Assembly: GCA_963662545.2 (NCBI GenBank)
Contig: CAXXLL010000003.1
Span: forward strand, 1,120,001-1,184,000
Direction of reading: 5' to 3'
Length of the DNA stretch: 64,000 nt
Origin: Gammaproteobacteria bacterium
Lineage (GTDB): Bacteria; Pseudomonadota; Gammaproteobacteria; Ga0077536
Within the stretch, counting starts at the first letter, position 1. Each line of letters begins with the position of its first letter. The position numbers and the translations under genes were made by a program. The notes beneath the pieces were generated by a model. That model worked only from the letters and a program-made list of their open reading frames with translations. It had not been told where the DNA came from and made no database searches. Shown here piece after piece: positions 34,222-46,095 of the stretch.

Positions 34222-34650
34222 TTATTTCACGACGGTTAAATGCGGTGCTCGACGCCGGGGATCTGTCTTTTCTGCATCGCTCGATTCTGGCGCAGAATCT
34301 TCACCTGATTCAGCGGCGGATTCGACGCGTTCGGCGTCTTCCCCCGGGTCGCCGAGAAAAATTCCCTGGCCGTTTTCACGCGCGTAGATTGCCTGCACCG
34401 CGTCGACCGGAACCGATATGTCGTAGGACTTGCCGGAAAATCGGGCGGTGAAATGGACGAATTCATTTCCAAGATCGAGATCGCGAACGGCATTGAGGGA
34501 CACATTTAACACGATCATGCCGTCTTCAACGTACTGTTGCGGCACCTTTATCTGATCACTTCCGGCATCAACGAGGAGATGCGGCGTTTGCTGATTATCC
34601 ACTATCCAATCGTAGATGGCGCGAATGAGGTAGGGCCTTGTTGACGTCAT
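34222..34650 (-). CDS. sspB: ClpXP adaptor SspB
   Basis: RPYLIRAIYDWIVDN, AIYARENGQG, C-terminal PHLTVVK. Confidence 0.96.
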   Translation of the reverse strand: MTSTRPYLIRAIYDWIVDNQQTPHLLVDAGSDQIKVPQQYVEDGMIVLNVSLNAVRDLDLGNEFVHFTARFSGKSYDISVPVDAVQAIYARENGQGIFLGDPGEDAERVESAAESGEDSAPESSDAEKTDPRRRAPHLTVVK

Positions 34651-34690
34651 GAGTTAGCGCTTATGCTCAACCGATCCGATACGGGCTTAG

Positions 34691-34852
34691 GGAACCCCTG
34701 AATAAGTTATGGCACACCTGCCTTGCGCCTGAAATCGCGGAGCCTTAACCGACGAAGCTTGCCAATAGTCCCCGCTATGGCCGGCGATTCGTGCCTTGAT
34801 CTGCACGATTTCATGCACCATTCACCCGCACCATAACTTATTCAGAGGTTTC
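34691..34852 (-). mobile_element. MITE family A copy 2 (162 bp, inverted orientation)
   Basis: TTAG|GGAACCCCTGAATAAGTTATGG ... CCATAACTTATTCAGAGGTTTC|TTAG; internal sequence is the reverse complement of copy 1. Confidence 0.88.
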
Positions 34853-35476
34853 TTAGCGCATTTCCTGCTCAGCCGGGGAAAGGCTGCTTTGAAAAGCCGG
34901 TCGATCGAACAGCTTATCGGCATATTTGACGAGTGGCTTAGCCTGTGCCGTCAGTTTTACGCCGTAATACGGCAAACGCCATAGAAGCGGACCCATGCAC
35001 ATGTCGGTGAGGGAAAAATCTTGTGTCATGAAGTACGGGTGTTGAGAGAATATCGGTGCGAGCGCCATCAGATTATCCCGCAGTGACTTGCGCGCATTAG
35101 CGGCGGCAATGTCGTTGTCGCCATCAAGAACCTCGGCCGAAGTGAACAGATCCCGAACGATACGAAAGCGGAACTGTCGATTATTAGCTCGCGAGACCGG
35201 GTCCACCGGCATTAACGGCGGATGCGGGTAACGTTCGTCGAGATACTCCATCATGATCTGCCCGTCATACAAAACGAGGTCACGATCAATCAAGGTAAGT
35301 ACGTTCTGGTAGGGGTTTAGAACGTTTAAATCTTCGGGCTTATTTTCTTCATCGATGAAATGGATCTCGACATGGATGTCCTTCTCCATCAGGACCAATC
35401 GTACACAGTGACCAATAAGGTCGGCCTCACTTGCATATAAGGTCATCACCGAACGTCTGTTTGCTAATGCAGTCAT
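34853..35476 (-). CDS. sspA: Stringent starvation protein A
   Basis: RSVMTLY, LNPY, LIDRDLVLY, MEYLDERYPHPPLMPVDP. Confidence 0.95.
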   Translation of the reverse strand: MTALANRRSVMTLYASEADLIGHCVRLVLMEKDIHVEIHFIDEENKPEDLNVLNPYQNVLTLIDRDLVLYDGQIMMEYLDERYPHPPLMPVDPVSRANNRQFRFRIVRDLFTSAEVLDGDNDIAAANARKSLRDNLMALAPIFSQHPYFMTQDFSLTDMCMGPLLWRLPYYGVKLTAQAKPLVKYADKLFDRPAFQSSLSPAEQEMR

Positions 35477-35477
35477 A

Positions 35478-36206
35478 TCAGTGAATATCCTTCCAATAAT
35501 CTCGTTTCATAAGGTAGGTTGCCGCCAGTAAAACCAAAAGAAAAGCGATGGTCCAGAAGCCGACTCGGTAGCGAATGAGCTTGGCCGGTTCTCCCACGTA
35601 AACCATGAAACTCACGAGCTCACGAACCGTTTTTTCATACTGCGACGGATCCAGCTTTCCGGGAACAGCAATTTTCAGGGTTGGACCGCGGTGAGCGTGC
35701 GCGTCCTCTTGAGCCTCCACCAACCGCTGTAATCCCTGAAGTTCCCACAAGACATGCGGCATAGCGGTGTCCGGGAAATACAGGTTATTCATGCCCCTCG
35801 GCCTGCTGTCATCGAGATAGAAACCAAGCAGATACGAATACAGCCAGTCAGCGCCGCGCGACCGGGCAATAACGGATAGATCGGGAGGCGCCACGCCAAA
35901 CCACTGCTCGGCATCTTGCGGCTGCATGGCGACCGTCATGGTGTTCCCGATCTTGTTCGTGGTGAACATCAGGTTCTTTTCTACGGCTTCCTCGCTGAGA
36001 TCGAGGTCTTCCACCAGCCGGTTGTAGCGCATGTAGGCAGCGGAGTGGCAACTCAGGCAGTAATTCACGAAGGTGCGAGCGCCGCGTTGCAAACTAGCCT
36101 TGCTGCCCAGGGAGACGTTCGCGTCGAGCAATTCGGGACCGTGACTGCCCGCAGCAATTCCGACGGTTGCGCAAACCCAAAGGGCCAGTGCAAGAATCGT
36201 TCGCAT
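35478..36206 (-). CDS. petC: Cytochrome c1 (start at ATG 36206)
   Basis: Signal peptide, LQRGA..NYCLSCH heme motif, PPDLS, C-terminal TM, YWKDIH. Confidence 0.95.
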   Translation of the reverse strand: MRTILALALWVCATVGIAAGSHGPELLDANVSLGSKASLQRGARTFVNYCLSCHSAAYMRYNRLVEDLDLSEEAVEKNLMFTTNKIGNTMTVAMQPQDAEQWFGVAPPDLSVIARSRGADWLYSYLLGFYLDDSRPRGMNNLYFPDTAMPHVLWELQGLQRLVEAQEDAHAHRGPTLKIAVPGKLDPSQYEKTVRELVSFMVYVGEPAKLIRYRVGFWTIAFLLVLLAATYLMKRDYWKDIH

Positions 36207-36208
36207 GG

Positions 36209-37441
36209 TCAACCCGTCAGCCGATCCGGGACCGGCTTGGTTTTGTCCACTTTCGAGTAAAACGGCATCAGTAGAAAGAACCCGAAGTATATAAGTGAAA
36301 AACCGCGCGCGAGCCAGGTATACAAATTGGTCGGATTTTGCGTGCCGAGGTATCCCAGCGAAATGAAGCTGATGACAAACAAAACTAATGCCGTCTTGAA
36401 AATCGGTCCTCGGTAGCGAATCGATTTTACCGGACTGCGATCCAGCCACGGCAGCAAAAAGAACACCATCGTCGCCGCACCCATCGCCATCACGCCGAAC
36501 AATTTATCGGGGACCGCCCGCAAAATCGCGTAGAAAGGAGTGAAATACCAGACCGGCACGATGTGGTCAGGAGTCTTGAGCGGATTGGCCGGGACGAAAT
36601 TATTGTGTTCCAGGAACCACCCGCCAAACTCCGGAGCGAAGAATACTACAGCCGAAAACACGATTAGAAACGCCACTACCCCCACCGAATCCTTGACCGT
36701 GTAATACGGATGAAACGGAATACCGTCTACGGGCTTGCCATCGGCATCCTTGTTGTCCTTGATTTCGATGCCGTCCGGATTATTCGACCCGACCTCATGC
36801 AGTGCAATGATGTGCAATACGACTAGCCCTGCGATAGCAAAGGGAAGTGCAATGACATGGAACGAGAAAAATCGATTGAGGGTAATGTCGGAAACGACGT
36901 AATCACCGCGAATCCATAACGACAAGGTTTCTCCCACGAACGGGATGGCGCCAAAGAGTGAAATGATGACCTGGGCACCCCAGTAAGACATCTGCCCCCA
37001 GGGTAGGAGGTATCCGCAAAACGCTTCCGCCATCAGCGTCAGATACAGGAACATCCCCAGTATCCAAACGAGTTCGCGAGGCTTCTTGTAGGAGCCATAC
37101 AACAGCGCTCGAAACATGTGAAGATAAATGACGATAAAAAAGAAGGACGACCCCGTCGAATGCATGTACCGGATCAGCCACCCCCAGTCGACATCGCGCA
37201 TGATGTACTCGACCGAGGCAAACGCGGTAGCCGCGTCCGGCTTGTAATTCATCACCAGCCAGATGCCCGTAACGATTTGGATCGCGAGCACGACCATGGA
37301 AAAAACGCCGAAGTAATACCAGAAGTTAAAGTTTTTAGGCGCGTAATAACGGCCCATGTGATCGTTCCATAACTGCATAAGCGGGAACCGATCGTCGACC
37401 CAATCGCGAAGCTCGACCAAGCCTTTGACTACTGCGTTCAT
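36209..37441 (-). CDS. petB: Cytochrome b of the bc1 complex
   Basis: [31 protein letters not shown] (gammaproteobacterial PEWY variant). Confidence 0.98.
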   Translation of the reverse strand: MNAVVKGLVELRDWVDDRFPLMQLWNDHMGRYYAPKNFNFWYYFGVFSMVVLAIQIVTGIWLVMNYKPDAATAFASVEYIMRDVDWGWLIRYMHSTGSSFFFIVIYLHMFRALLYGSYKKPRELVWILGMFLYLTLMAEAFCGYLLPWGQMSYWGAQVIISLFGAIPFVGETLSLWIRGDYVVSDITLNRFFSFHVIALPFAIAGLVVLHIIALHEVGSNNPDGIEIKDNKDADGKPVDGIPFHPYYTVKDSVGVVAFLIVFSAVVFFAPEFGGWFLEHNNFVPANPLKTPDHIVPVWYFTPFYAILRAVPDKLFGVMAMGAATMVFFLLPWLDRSPVKSIRYRGPIFKTALVLFVISFISLGYLGTQNPTNLYTWLARGFSLIYFGFFLLMPFYSKVDKTKPVPDRLTG

Positions 37442-38037
37442 GAAGATCCCCCGCCGGCATCACCGATTAACAGGCGGGTTTCGCTGAGAAACCTGTATGG
37501 CGGGACCGTCATATTCTTCGGCGCCGGGACACCGGTGTATACGCGACCGGAAAGATCGAACTTCGAACCGTGACAGGGACAGAAAAAACCACCATGCCAA
37601 TTTTCGCCCATATTCACCTCGTTACCCGAAGCCACAAAACTCGGAGAACATCCGAGATGGGTGCATAAGCCGACGAGCACCAGATACTCGGGATTCGAAG
37701 AACGCCAGGAATTCAGGGCAAAATCGGGCTGCTCCGATCCTTCCGAACTCGGGTCGCGCAAGGCGCCTGACGGCATCGATGCTAGCGCTTCGAGTTGTTC
37801 CGGCGTTCGGCGGACGATCCAGACGGGCTTGCCCCGCCACTTGTGAATGATCCGCTGACCGATTTCGATCTTGCTTATGTCGACTTCGACCGGGGCGCCG
37901 ACTGCTTTCGCCCTGGCACTGGGTTGAAAGGTGGAAACGAAGGGGATCGCCGCGATACCGGCTCCAATACCGCCGATCACAACTACCGTACCGGTGAGAA
38001 ATCGGCGTCGCTCCAGGTCGACAGCATTCTCCTTCAT
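37438..38037 (-). CDS. petA: Rieske 2Fe-2S subunit of the bc1 complex
   Basis: Tat RRRFL, CTHLGC and CPCHGS. Confidence 0.98.
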   Translation of the reverse strand: MKENAVDLERRRFLTGTVVVIGGIGAGIAAIPFVSTFQPSARAKAVGAPVEVDISKIEIGQRIIHKWRGKPVWIVRRTPEQLEALASMPSGALRDPSSEGSEQPDFALNSWRSSNPEYLVLVGLCTHLGCSPSFVASGNEVNMGENWHGGFFCPCHGSKFDLSGRVYTGVPAPKNMTVPPYRFLSETRLLIGDAGGGSS

Positions 38038-38200
38038 GCTCCCTTATCTCCTACACTGAATCTGTTCATGCAGTCGTCGATGCGCCGCCGGACTTGTGTG
38101 GCGATATTTGACTCGTTGTGGCCAGATTACGGATTTGGCCCCCAAGACATGATTCCGCGTCCGCCTCCCCTGATATTCGTTTTGGACCGAATATGCCTGG

Positions 38201-38360
38201 TAGCCTGTCGGACTTAGGGAATCGTAGCGCGGCGGGTGGAAAAGCGGGCTCGGAGGTGTCATGGTTTGAGGCGAATAGTGGGGCTATTTAACGAAAACCA
38301 TGGCGTATCTGGACCGCTATCCCAACGCCCAAGTCAATTCTTCCTAAGTCCGACAGGCTG
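38201..38360. mobile_element. MITE family B (160 bp)
   Basis: CTGG|TAGCCTGTCGGACTTAGG ... CCTAAGTCCGACAGGCTG|CTAG, 18-bp TIR; inner CATGGTTT/AAACCATG; central AATAG-TGGGG-CTATT. Confidence 0.82.
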
Positions 38361-38484
38361 CTAGCAGCATTCGATACGGAATGTCGATTTGTTAGGGTTA
38401 TGCGGTGGATTATACCACCAAATTTCAGGCGGCCATGGTCACTTGGGGACGTTCACCGGCCCTTAAATCCCCTTCACAACTTAA

Positions 38485-39606
38485 ATGAAAACTTTATTGT
38501 TCACCCTAAAATGGTCTTTCATCGGCCTGGGCGGAGCGCTGTTCATTCTGTTGTCGCTGCGCTACGCCGAGAATGCTGCGGGCATCGATCTACGCTTCGA
38601 CGAATGGCTGGGAACGGGCACCGAAGAGCACGCCGTCGGGTTCGCCCACGCAGTCGCCAGAGCTGCACCGGCGGTCGTCAGTGTTCATGCCGTCAGCCGC
38701 CGTCGGCAGAGGGCGAATCCACTGGTTGAAGATCCGGTTTTCCGACAGTTCTTCGGGACCCCCTCATCGAACGGTGCGACGCGTGCCGAAACCAGTCTGG
38801 GCAGCGGCGTCATTTTGGACGAATCGGGCGTGCTGCTCACCAATTATCACGTGATTCGCGGCGCTCAGGCTATCCAGGTTTCACTGCAGGACGGACGTAC
38901 CGCCGCGGCAGAGATCGTCGGGGCCGATCCGGACACCGATCTCGCGGTATTGAAAATCGATCTCGACGATCTTCCGCACATCGCGATCGCGGATTCCGAT
39001 AAGGTGAAGGTCGGAGATATCGTACTCGCTATCGGGAATCCGCTCGGCATCGGCCAGACCGTGACCCAGGGAATCGTCAGCGCCACGGGACGCAATCGTG
39101 TCGGTATCAATACATACGAGAATTTCATTCAGACCGACGCCGCGATTAATTTTGGAAACTCCGGGGGTGCTCTGGTTGACACGCACGGCGAGCTGGTGGG
39201 GATCAATTCGGTGCGAGTCGACACGGAAGGTATCGGATTCGCCATTCCAACGAGTATCGCAATCAAGGTAGCGAAACAGATACTCAGAACGGGCAGCGTT
39301 ACACGCGGCTGGCTTGGGATGGAAGCGCGCGATCTCACGCCGCGCTTAAGGGAGATGCTTGGCGCCGAAGAAGGAATCGTGGTATTCGGCATTCTAGCCG
39401 GCGGCCCGGCTGATATGGCCGGAATTCGTCCGGGCGACGTAATCACTCACATCGACCAGATCGCAATCACAGATTCTCACGCGGCCATCGAGCGGATCGC
39501 GGACCTTGGCCCGGGCTCCCGCGTTCCAATCAAGGGGATCAGGGAAAAGCGCCTTTACACCACGGACGTTACCGTGTCGATACGCCCGCCGCCGCCGGTG
39601 AATTGA
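38485..39606 (+). CDS. degS: HtrA-family serine protease DegS/AlgW (trypsin plus one PDZ)
   Basis: N-terminal TM, SLGSGV, TNYHV, DLAVL, QTDAAINFGNSGG, single PDZ. Confidence 0.85.
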   Translation: MKTLLFTLKWSFIGLGGALFILLSLRYAENAAGIDLRFDEWLGTGTEEHAVGFAHAVARAAPAVVSVHAVSRRRQRANPLVEDPVFRQFFGTPSSNGATRAETSLGSGVILDESGVLLTNYHVIRGAQAIQVSLQDGRTAAAEIVGADPDTDLAVLKIDLDDLPHIAIADSDKVKVGDIVLAIGNPLGIGQTVTQGIVSATGRNRVGINTYENFIQTDAAINFGNSGGALVDTHGELVGINSVRVDTEGIGFAIPTSIAIKVAKQILRTGSVTRGWLGMEARDLTPRLREMLGAEEGIVVFGILAGGPADMAGIRPGDVITHIDQIAITDSHAAIERIADLGPGSRVPIKGIREKRLYTTDVTVSIRPPPPVN

Positions 39607-39619
39607 AATCCGACTGGAA

Positions 39620-39754
39620 AGTGTCCATCCATAAACGTCAATATTTCTCTCGCAAAGGCGCCAAGAAAGCATTTAATACAATATTAATAACAATCAACCT
39701 ATCATTTTGCGATCTCTGCCTCTTGGCGAGAGTTACTCTTTCTGGATGGACGCT
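39620..39754. repeat. Palindromic MITE-like element family D (135 bp)
   Basis: Ends AGTGTCCATCCATAAA / TTTCTGGATGGACGCT (14/16 inverted match), inner imperfect arms and AT-rich centre, between convergent degS and hisC. Confidence 0.65.
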
Positions 39755-39756
39755 AT

Positions 39757-40845
39757 TTAGGTTAGCGACGACCGTAGCGCACACAGAAACGCCTGATTTT
39801 CCTCCGCCGTGCCGACTGTGACCCGTAGGCAGTCGGCGAGCAGCGGGTGGCTGTCCGACAAGTTTTTGATGAGTATTCCCTGCTGTTTTAACGACTCGAA
39901 TGTGGACGTGCCGCGTTCGCGTGGTGCGCGAAACAGAATGAAATTGGTCGCGCTTGGCCATACGGTAATGCCGTCGAGTCGCCTGAGGCCGTCGTACAAG
40001 ACTTCGCGTTGTTCGATGATCGCCGATATCTGAGTCTGGAATGCGCTTTCGTGCTCGATGGCGAATTTCCCAGCGGCCTGCGACAGCGCACTGATGTTGT
40101 ACGGCATTCGCAGCCGCTCGATCAGGTCGATCCACGGTTCGGCCCCGAATAACACTCCCACCCGGATACCGGCCAGGCCGATTTTGGACAGGGTCTGCAT
40201 GACGACGAGGTTTTCGATCGACTGAATTTCCGCGACACGCGTGTGCCCGCTGAAACGGTAATAGGCTTCATCCAGTACGACGAGGCCGGGCGCAAACTCG
40301 CAGATAGCCTCCAGTGTGTTCTCGTCTAACCTGTTCGCGGTCGGGTTGTTGGGACTGGCTATAAAGACCAGCGCCGGTTCATGTTCCTTTATCGCAGCGA
40401 TAGTGACGTCGAGATCCAATGCAAAATCGGATTCATCGAGCGGGACACCGAGAAATTTCATACCGACGGCGCGGGCCGCGTTCGAATACACCACGAAAGT
40501 CGGCTCCGGACACAGCACGCAGGCACCGCCGCCGCGGGCAAACGCAAGGCACAGTAAATGGATCAGCTCGTCCGACCCATTGCCGAGCGCCGCCTGGATC
40601 GTTTCCGGTAGATCGTGTGAATTCAGAAGACTCTGCTTGAGCTCGGATGCAGCAGGGTCCGGATAGCGGTTCGGTTCGACGCCGCTGAGCAGGTCATTCC
40701 AGCTTTCACGCAGCTCGACAGGGATCGAATAGGGATTTTCCATCGCGTCAAGCTTGATGAGCCCGCCCGCGTCCACAATTTTGTAGGGTACGAGTTCGCG
40801 GACCCAGGGCGCCGCAAAGCGTTCCAGACGGTCTTCTATACTCAT
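39757..40845 (-). CDS. hisC: Histidinol-phosphate aminotransferase
   Basis: [41 protein letters not shown]. Confidence 0.96.
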   Translation of the reverse strand: MSIEDRLERFAAPWVRELVPYKIVDAGGLIKLDAMENPYSIPVELRESWNDLLSGVEPNRYPDPAASELKQSLLNSHDLPETIQAALGNGSDELIHLLCLAFARGGGACVLCPEPTFVVYSNAARAVGMKFLGVPLDESDFALDLDVTIAAIKEHEPALVFIASPNNPTANRLDENTLEAICEFAPGLVVLDEAYYRFSGHTRVAEIQSIENLVVMQTLSKIGLAGIRVGVLFGAEPWIDLIERLRMPYNISALSQAAGKFAIEHESAFQTQISAIIEQREVLYDGLRRLDGITVWPSATNFILFRAPRERGTSTFESLKQQGILIKNLSDSHPLLADCLRVTVGTAEENQAFLCALRSSLT

Positions 40846-42143
40846 TTACCACCTACGCGATATCCAGCCGATCGCGCATGTGCAGTCAGCCCTTCACTTT
40901 CAGCCAGGACTGACGCGACCTTCCCCAACCGGATGGCAGCAGCGGCCGAACATTCGATGACCGAAGAACGCTTCTGGAAATCGTACACACCGAGCGGCGA
41001 GGAGAATCGAGCAGTTCCCGATGTCGGCAGCACATGATTCGGACCCGCGCAGTAATCGCCCAGGGCCTCGGCCGTGTAACGCCCCAAAAAAATGGCGCCC
41101 GCATGCCTGATTTCGGACAACCATCGGCGCGGATCGGAGACTGACAACTCCAAGTGCTCAGGCGCAATGCGATTGGCCAGCGCGATCGCTTCTTCCATGT
41201 CACCCACTTCGATCAGGGCGCCACGCGCCGCGAGCGCTTTGCCTATGATGATTCGACGTTCCATGCCGGAAAGCAGGCGGGTGATGCTCGCCTGCACCGC
41301 GTCGATAAATGCCGGGTCCGGACACAACAGGATAGCCTGGGCCCGTTCATCGTGTTCGGCCTGGGCAAACAGATCCATGGCAATCCAGTCCGGGTCGGTT
41401 CCACCGTCGCACACGATCAGAATTTCGGAAGGACCCGCGATCATATCGATGCCGACGCGGCCGAACACCATGGATTTGGCGGTGGCAACGTATATGTTTC
41501 CGGGGCCCACGATCTTGTCCACCGCTGGAACGGTCGCGGTGCCGAACGCCAAGGCCGCGATGGCCTGTGCACCGCCGATGGTAAACACGCGGTCGACGCC
41601 CGCAATAGATGCGGCCGCGAGAACCACCGGGTCGAGTTCGCCGCCCGGTGCTGGAACGGCCATGATGATTTCTCCCACGCCTGCGACTTTCGCGGGAATC
41701 GCGTTCATTAAAACCGACGAGGGGTAAGCCGCCTTGCCACCTGGTACGTATATTCCAACGCGATCTAGCGCTTTGACTTGCTGGCCGAGGACGGTGCCAT
41801 CGTTTTCGCGATACTCCCAGGATTCCAATTTTTGCCGTTCGTGAAAGATCCGCACACGCTCGGCAGCCTGCTCGAGCGCCGCTTTCAGGCCAGGTTCGAT
41901 GGCATCGATGTGAGTGTTGAAATTCCGTATTTCGATGTTGGACACATCGTGCAGTTCGCGCCGATCGAATTCGTTTGTGTATTGCAGCAGTGCAGCGTCT
42001 CCGCGTTCTTTTATCGCCGCAATGATCTCACGCACGGCACTTACGATTTCGGGACGTTCGTCGTCATCCCACGCCAAAAGCGCCTGAAGTTTTTCATCGA
42101 ACTCCGCGCAACGTGAATTCAGCCGTACAATGATCTCAGCCAT
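40842..42143 (-). CDS. hisD: Histidinol dehydrogenase (start at ATG 42143)
   Basis: [46 protein letters not shown]. Confidence 0.97.
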   Translation of the reverse strand: MAEIIVRLNSRCAEFDEKLQALLAWDDDERPEIVSAVREIIAAIKERGDAALLQYTNEFDRRELHDVSNIEIRNFNTHIDAIEPGLKAALEQAAERVRIFHERQKLESWEYRENDGTVLGQQVKALDRVGIYVPGGKAAYPSSVLMNAIPAKVAGVGEIIMAVPAPGGELDPVVLAAASIAGVDRVFTIGGAQAIAALAFGTATVPAVDKIVGPGNIYVATAKSMVFGRVGIDMIAGPSEILIVCDGGTDPDWIAMDLFAQAEHDERAQAILLCPDPAFIDAVQASITRLLSGMERRIIIGKALAARGALIEVGDMEEAIALANRIAPEHLELSVSDPRRWLSEIRHAGAIFLGRYTAEALGDYCAGPNHVLPTSGTARFSSPLGVYDFQKRSSVIECSAAAAIRLGKVASVLAESEGLTAHARSAGYRVGGK

Positions 42144-42798
42144 CGCCTTCGGCCACCGCGGCTTTAAGGGCGTCGATAATTTTGCTGACGCGCACATGCT
42201 TGGTTTTCATCGCCGCCTTGTTCACGATTAATCGCGAACTGATCTCACAAATCGTCTCCATGGCAACCAAGCCATTGGCCTTTAGCGTATTACCGGTATC
42301 GACCAGGTCGACGATGCGATCGGCAAGCCCGACCAGCGGTGCCAATTCCATGGAACCGTAAAGCTTGATGATCTCCGCCTGTATGCCCTGCTGAGCGAAA
42401 TAGTTTCGCGCCGTCCGCGAATACTTGGTGGCGATTCGCGGACGCTCGGAGTTCAGTTCTGTATTCGGTAGACCCGCAACCACGAGGCGGCACTGGGCGA
42501 GGCGCAGATCCACGGGCTCGTAGTAATCCGCTCCTTCATGCTCCAGCAGGACGTCTTTGCCCGCGATCCCGAGATCCGCCGCCCCGTACTCCACGTAGGT
42601 CGGCACGTCGGAAGCGCGAATCACGAGCAGTTGAAAGCCGGGATTTGACGTTTCCAGGACAAGTTTGCGTGAAGTATCCGGATCGTCCTTGACTTCGATA
42701 CCGATTCGTCCGAGCAGAGGGATAGCATCGTTCAGAATCCTGCCCTTGGATACGGCAATCACCAGATTGTCGGCCGTTGTTTTCAGCGGATTCGCCAC
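42136..42798 (-). CDS. hisG: ATP phosphoribosyltransferase, short form
   Basis: [40 protein letters not shown]. Confidence 0.97.
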   Translation of the reverse strand: MANPLKTTADNLVIAVSKGRILNDAIPLLGRIGIEVKDDPDTSRKLVLETSNPGFQLLVIRASDVPTYVEYGAADLGIAGKDVLLEHEGADYYEPVDLRLAQCRLVVAGLPNTELNSERPRIATKYSRTARNYFAQQGIQAEIIKLYGSMELAPLVGLADRIVDLVDTGNTLKANGLVAMETICEISSRLIVNKAAMKTKHVRVSKIIDALKAAVAEGDG

Positions 42799-42838
42799 TT
42801 TATTTTCCGACTGTTGGAGACTTCACTGGTACCGCAGT

Positions 42839-44098
<1,260 letters not shown>

Positions 44099-44147
44099 TC
44101 AGCACGCAGGCGTTAGCCCGAATATCGCATGTAGCGACCTAAGGAAC

Positions 44148-44399
44148 CTAAAGCGTCTGGAATTTTCGGGCTTTTTCCCACGCCTCTTTCGTATAGGTCT
44201 GGATAGACAAGGCATGTATAGCGTTTTCCATACTACTGCCCAGCGAGGCATATACCATTTTATGCTGCTTTATCATCGGAAGGCTCGAAAATTCGTCGCT
44301 GATCACACGCGCCATGAAATGCGACCCATCACCATCGACATGGGCTTCACATCCGGGTATACCGGCTTCGATCATTTGCTTGATGTCATCCGAATTCAT
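44148..44399 (-). CDS. ibaG: BolA/IbaG family protein
   Basis: GDGSHF, QHKMVY, IHALSIQT; upstream of murA. Confidence 0.9.
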   Translation of the reverse strand: MNSDDIKQMIEAGIPGCEAHVDGDGSHFMARVISDEFSSLPMIKQHKMVYASLGSSMENAIHALSIQTYTKEAWEKARKFQTL

Positions 44400-44502
44400 A
44401 TCGAACGCGATTTCGTCGTTGAATTCGCTAAACTTATTCTAACTGTCGAGCTTAACTTAAACTCCAGCCCCTCAGTATTATCGACGACGGTGGGCCGTAA
44501 CA

Positions 44503-45114
44503 TCACTGGGAATACTGCTGATTTTTACTGATCATCGAATCCAGCAATCCGCCCAAACCGCTGTTCCTGATGATTGACCCGAACGAAGCTCTGTAAGTCT
44601 TCACCAGGCTCACTCCATCCACAGATACATCGAACACTTTCCAGTCCCCGGACTTATTGTGCAGGCGGTAAATGACCGGAATAGTCACGCTTCCAGGCTG
44701 CGTGATCTGCTGTTTGACCAGCGCCGTATTTGCTCTCGCCGTTTGCTCTATCGGCGGATAGGTAATCTCCTGGTCAGAAAAATTGAGCAGCGCAGTCGCA
44801 TAGGTTCCGACGAGAAGTTTACGAAACTGTTCGACGAAAGCTTCCCGCGCATCTTCGTCCGCTGCGGACCAGTGCTTGCCCAGCACCCATTTCGCCATGA
44901 TCGCAAAATCGAAATGCGGGAATACCATCTCGGATACTAGCGTGTACATTTTCGCGGGATTCGCACGCAATGATTCTTTTCCGCTCTTGATGCGCTCCAA
45001 GACCTTATCCGTCGTCGTGCGCACGACATCCAACGGCTCCGACGTGGTGGCCAAAGTGCCGATCGAAACGACAAGCAGTAACAACGCGGACGAAACTCCA
45101 GGGAACCGCTTCAT
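44503..45114 (-). CDS. mlaC: Phospholipid-binding periplasmic protein MlaC/Ttg2D
   Basis: Signal peptide, PHFDF..MAKWVLG, WKVFDVSVDGVSLVKTYRASF. Confidence 0.9.
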   Translation of the reverse strand: MKRFPGVSSALLLLVVSIGTLATTSEPLDVVRTTTDKVLERIKSGKESLRANPAKMYTLVSEMVFPHFDFAIMAKWVLGKHWSAADEDAREAFVEQFRKLLVGTYATALLNFSDQEITYPPIEQTARANTALVKQQITQPGSVTIPVIYRLHNKSGDWKVFDVSVDGVSLVKTYRASFGSIIRNSGLGGLLDSMISKNQQYSQ

Positions 45115-45497
45115 GCTATGAGATCCTATACCAACAGAATCGATTATGGGCGCAGATTACACGTAGCTTCACGCGTCATCGCACCGCTGCTTGTTCTTGG
45201 ACCGTTGCTGCTGCGTAATGTTGCGCCTCGCGTTCGCAAATCCGGTATTGAACCGTGTGAAAACCGCCGGTCCGTGTGCCGGCTACTGTAGCATACATGG
45301 GTTTGCGGCACGCATTGGAGACTGGCAGTGATCTCCAAATTCGTATGGGGCATGCAGGCATAGCGCGCGGGTTTCGAGGAGCGTACTTAATAACAATTCC
45401 GCGGCTACGCCGCCCTGCACCGGAAAAGCTCGCGCGATTGTATAAGCGTTCCGCGCTAGATGCGTCCGCGTCTAACCTAAAGACAGAATATTGACGC

Positions 45498-45884
45498 CTA
45501 ACCGTGATCTTGCAGAAGCTCTATCTTGTATCCGTCGGGATCTTCCACGAAAGCGATTACGGTCGACCCGCCTTTCATCGGACCGGCCTCGCGTACAACG
45601 TTTCCATTGCGTTCCTTCACGCCCTCACACGTCGCATAGACGTCCTCCACGCCGATCGCGATGTGTCCGTATGCGTCACCGAGTTGATACTCGCTGGTAT
45701 CCCAGTTGTGGGTCAATTCGAGCACCGCCGTCTCTGATTCATCCGCGTAGCCGACGAAGGCAAGGGTGAATCGACCTTCCGGAAAATCCATTCGTCGAAG
45801 CAACTGCATGCCGAGTACGTCGCAATAGAACGCGATGGATTTTTCGATGTCGGTAACTCGAATCATGGTATGCATCATTCTCAT
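45498..45884 (-). CDS. gloA: Lactoylglutathione lyase (glyoxalase I)
   Basis: HTMIRV, LELTHNW, YGHIAIGV, DPDGYKIEL. Confidence 0.96.
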   Translation of the reverse strand: MRMMHTMIRVTDIEKSIAFYCDVLGMQLLRRMDFPEGRFTLAFVGYADESETAVLELTHNWDTSEYQLGDAYGHIAIGVEDVYATCEGVKERNGNVVREAGPMKGGSTVIAFVEDPDGYKIELLQDHG

Positions 45885-45908
45885 GGGCTCAGTCTCCTGT
45901 GTTTCTAA

Positions 45909-46069
45909 GGAATCTCTGAATAAGTCATGGTGCGTCTGAATTGTTCATGAACAGTGCAGATCAAGGCACGAATCGCAGGCCATAGCGGGGACTATTAGCA
46001 AGGTTCGTAACGCCGAGCTGCGCGATTTCATGGGCAAGGCAGATGGGCCATGACTTATTCAGAGGTTCC
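45909..46069 (+). mobile_element. MITE family A copy 3 (161 bp)
   Basis: CTAA|GGAATCTCTGAATAAGTCATGG ... CCATGACTTATTCAGAGGTTCC|CTAA. Confidence 0.88.
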
Positions 46070-46095
46070 CTAAGGACCCGTCATTTCCAACCGGG

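Noticed and set aside
36207-36449. N-terminal extensions in the ORF track (petC, also argJ, hisD, lpxC, tgt, transposase)
   Set aside because: They mostly overlap upstream genes or element ends; downstream starts fit family N-termini better
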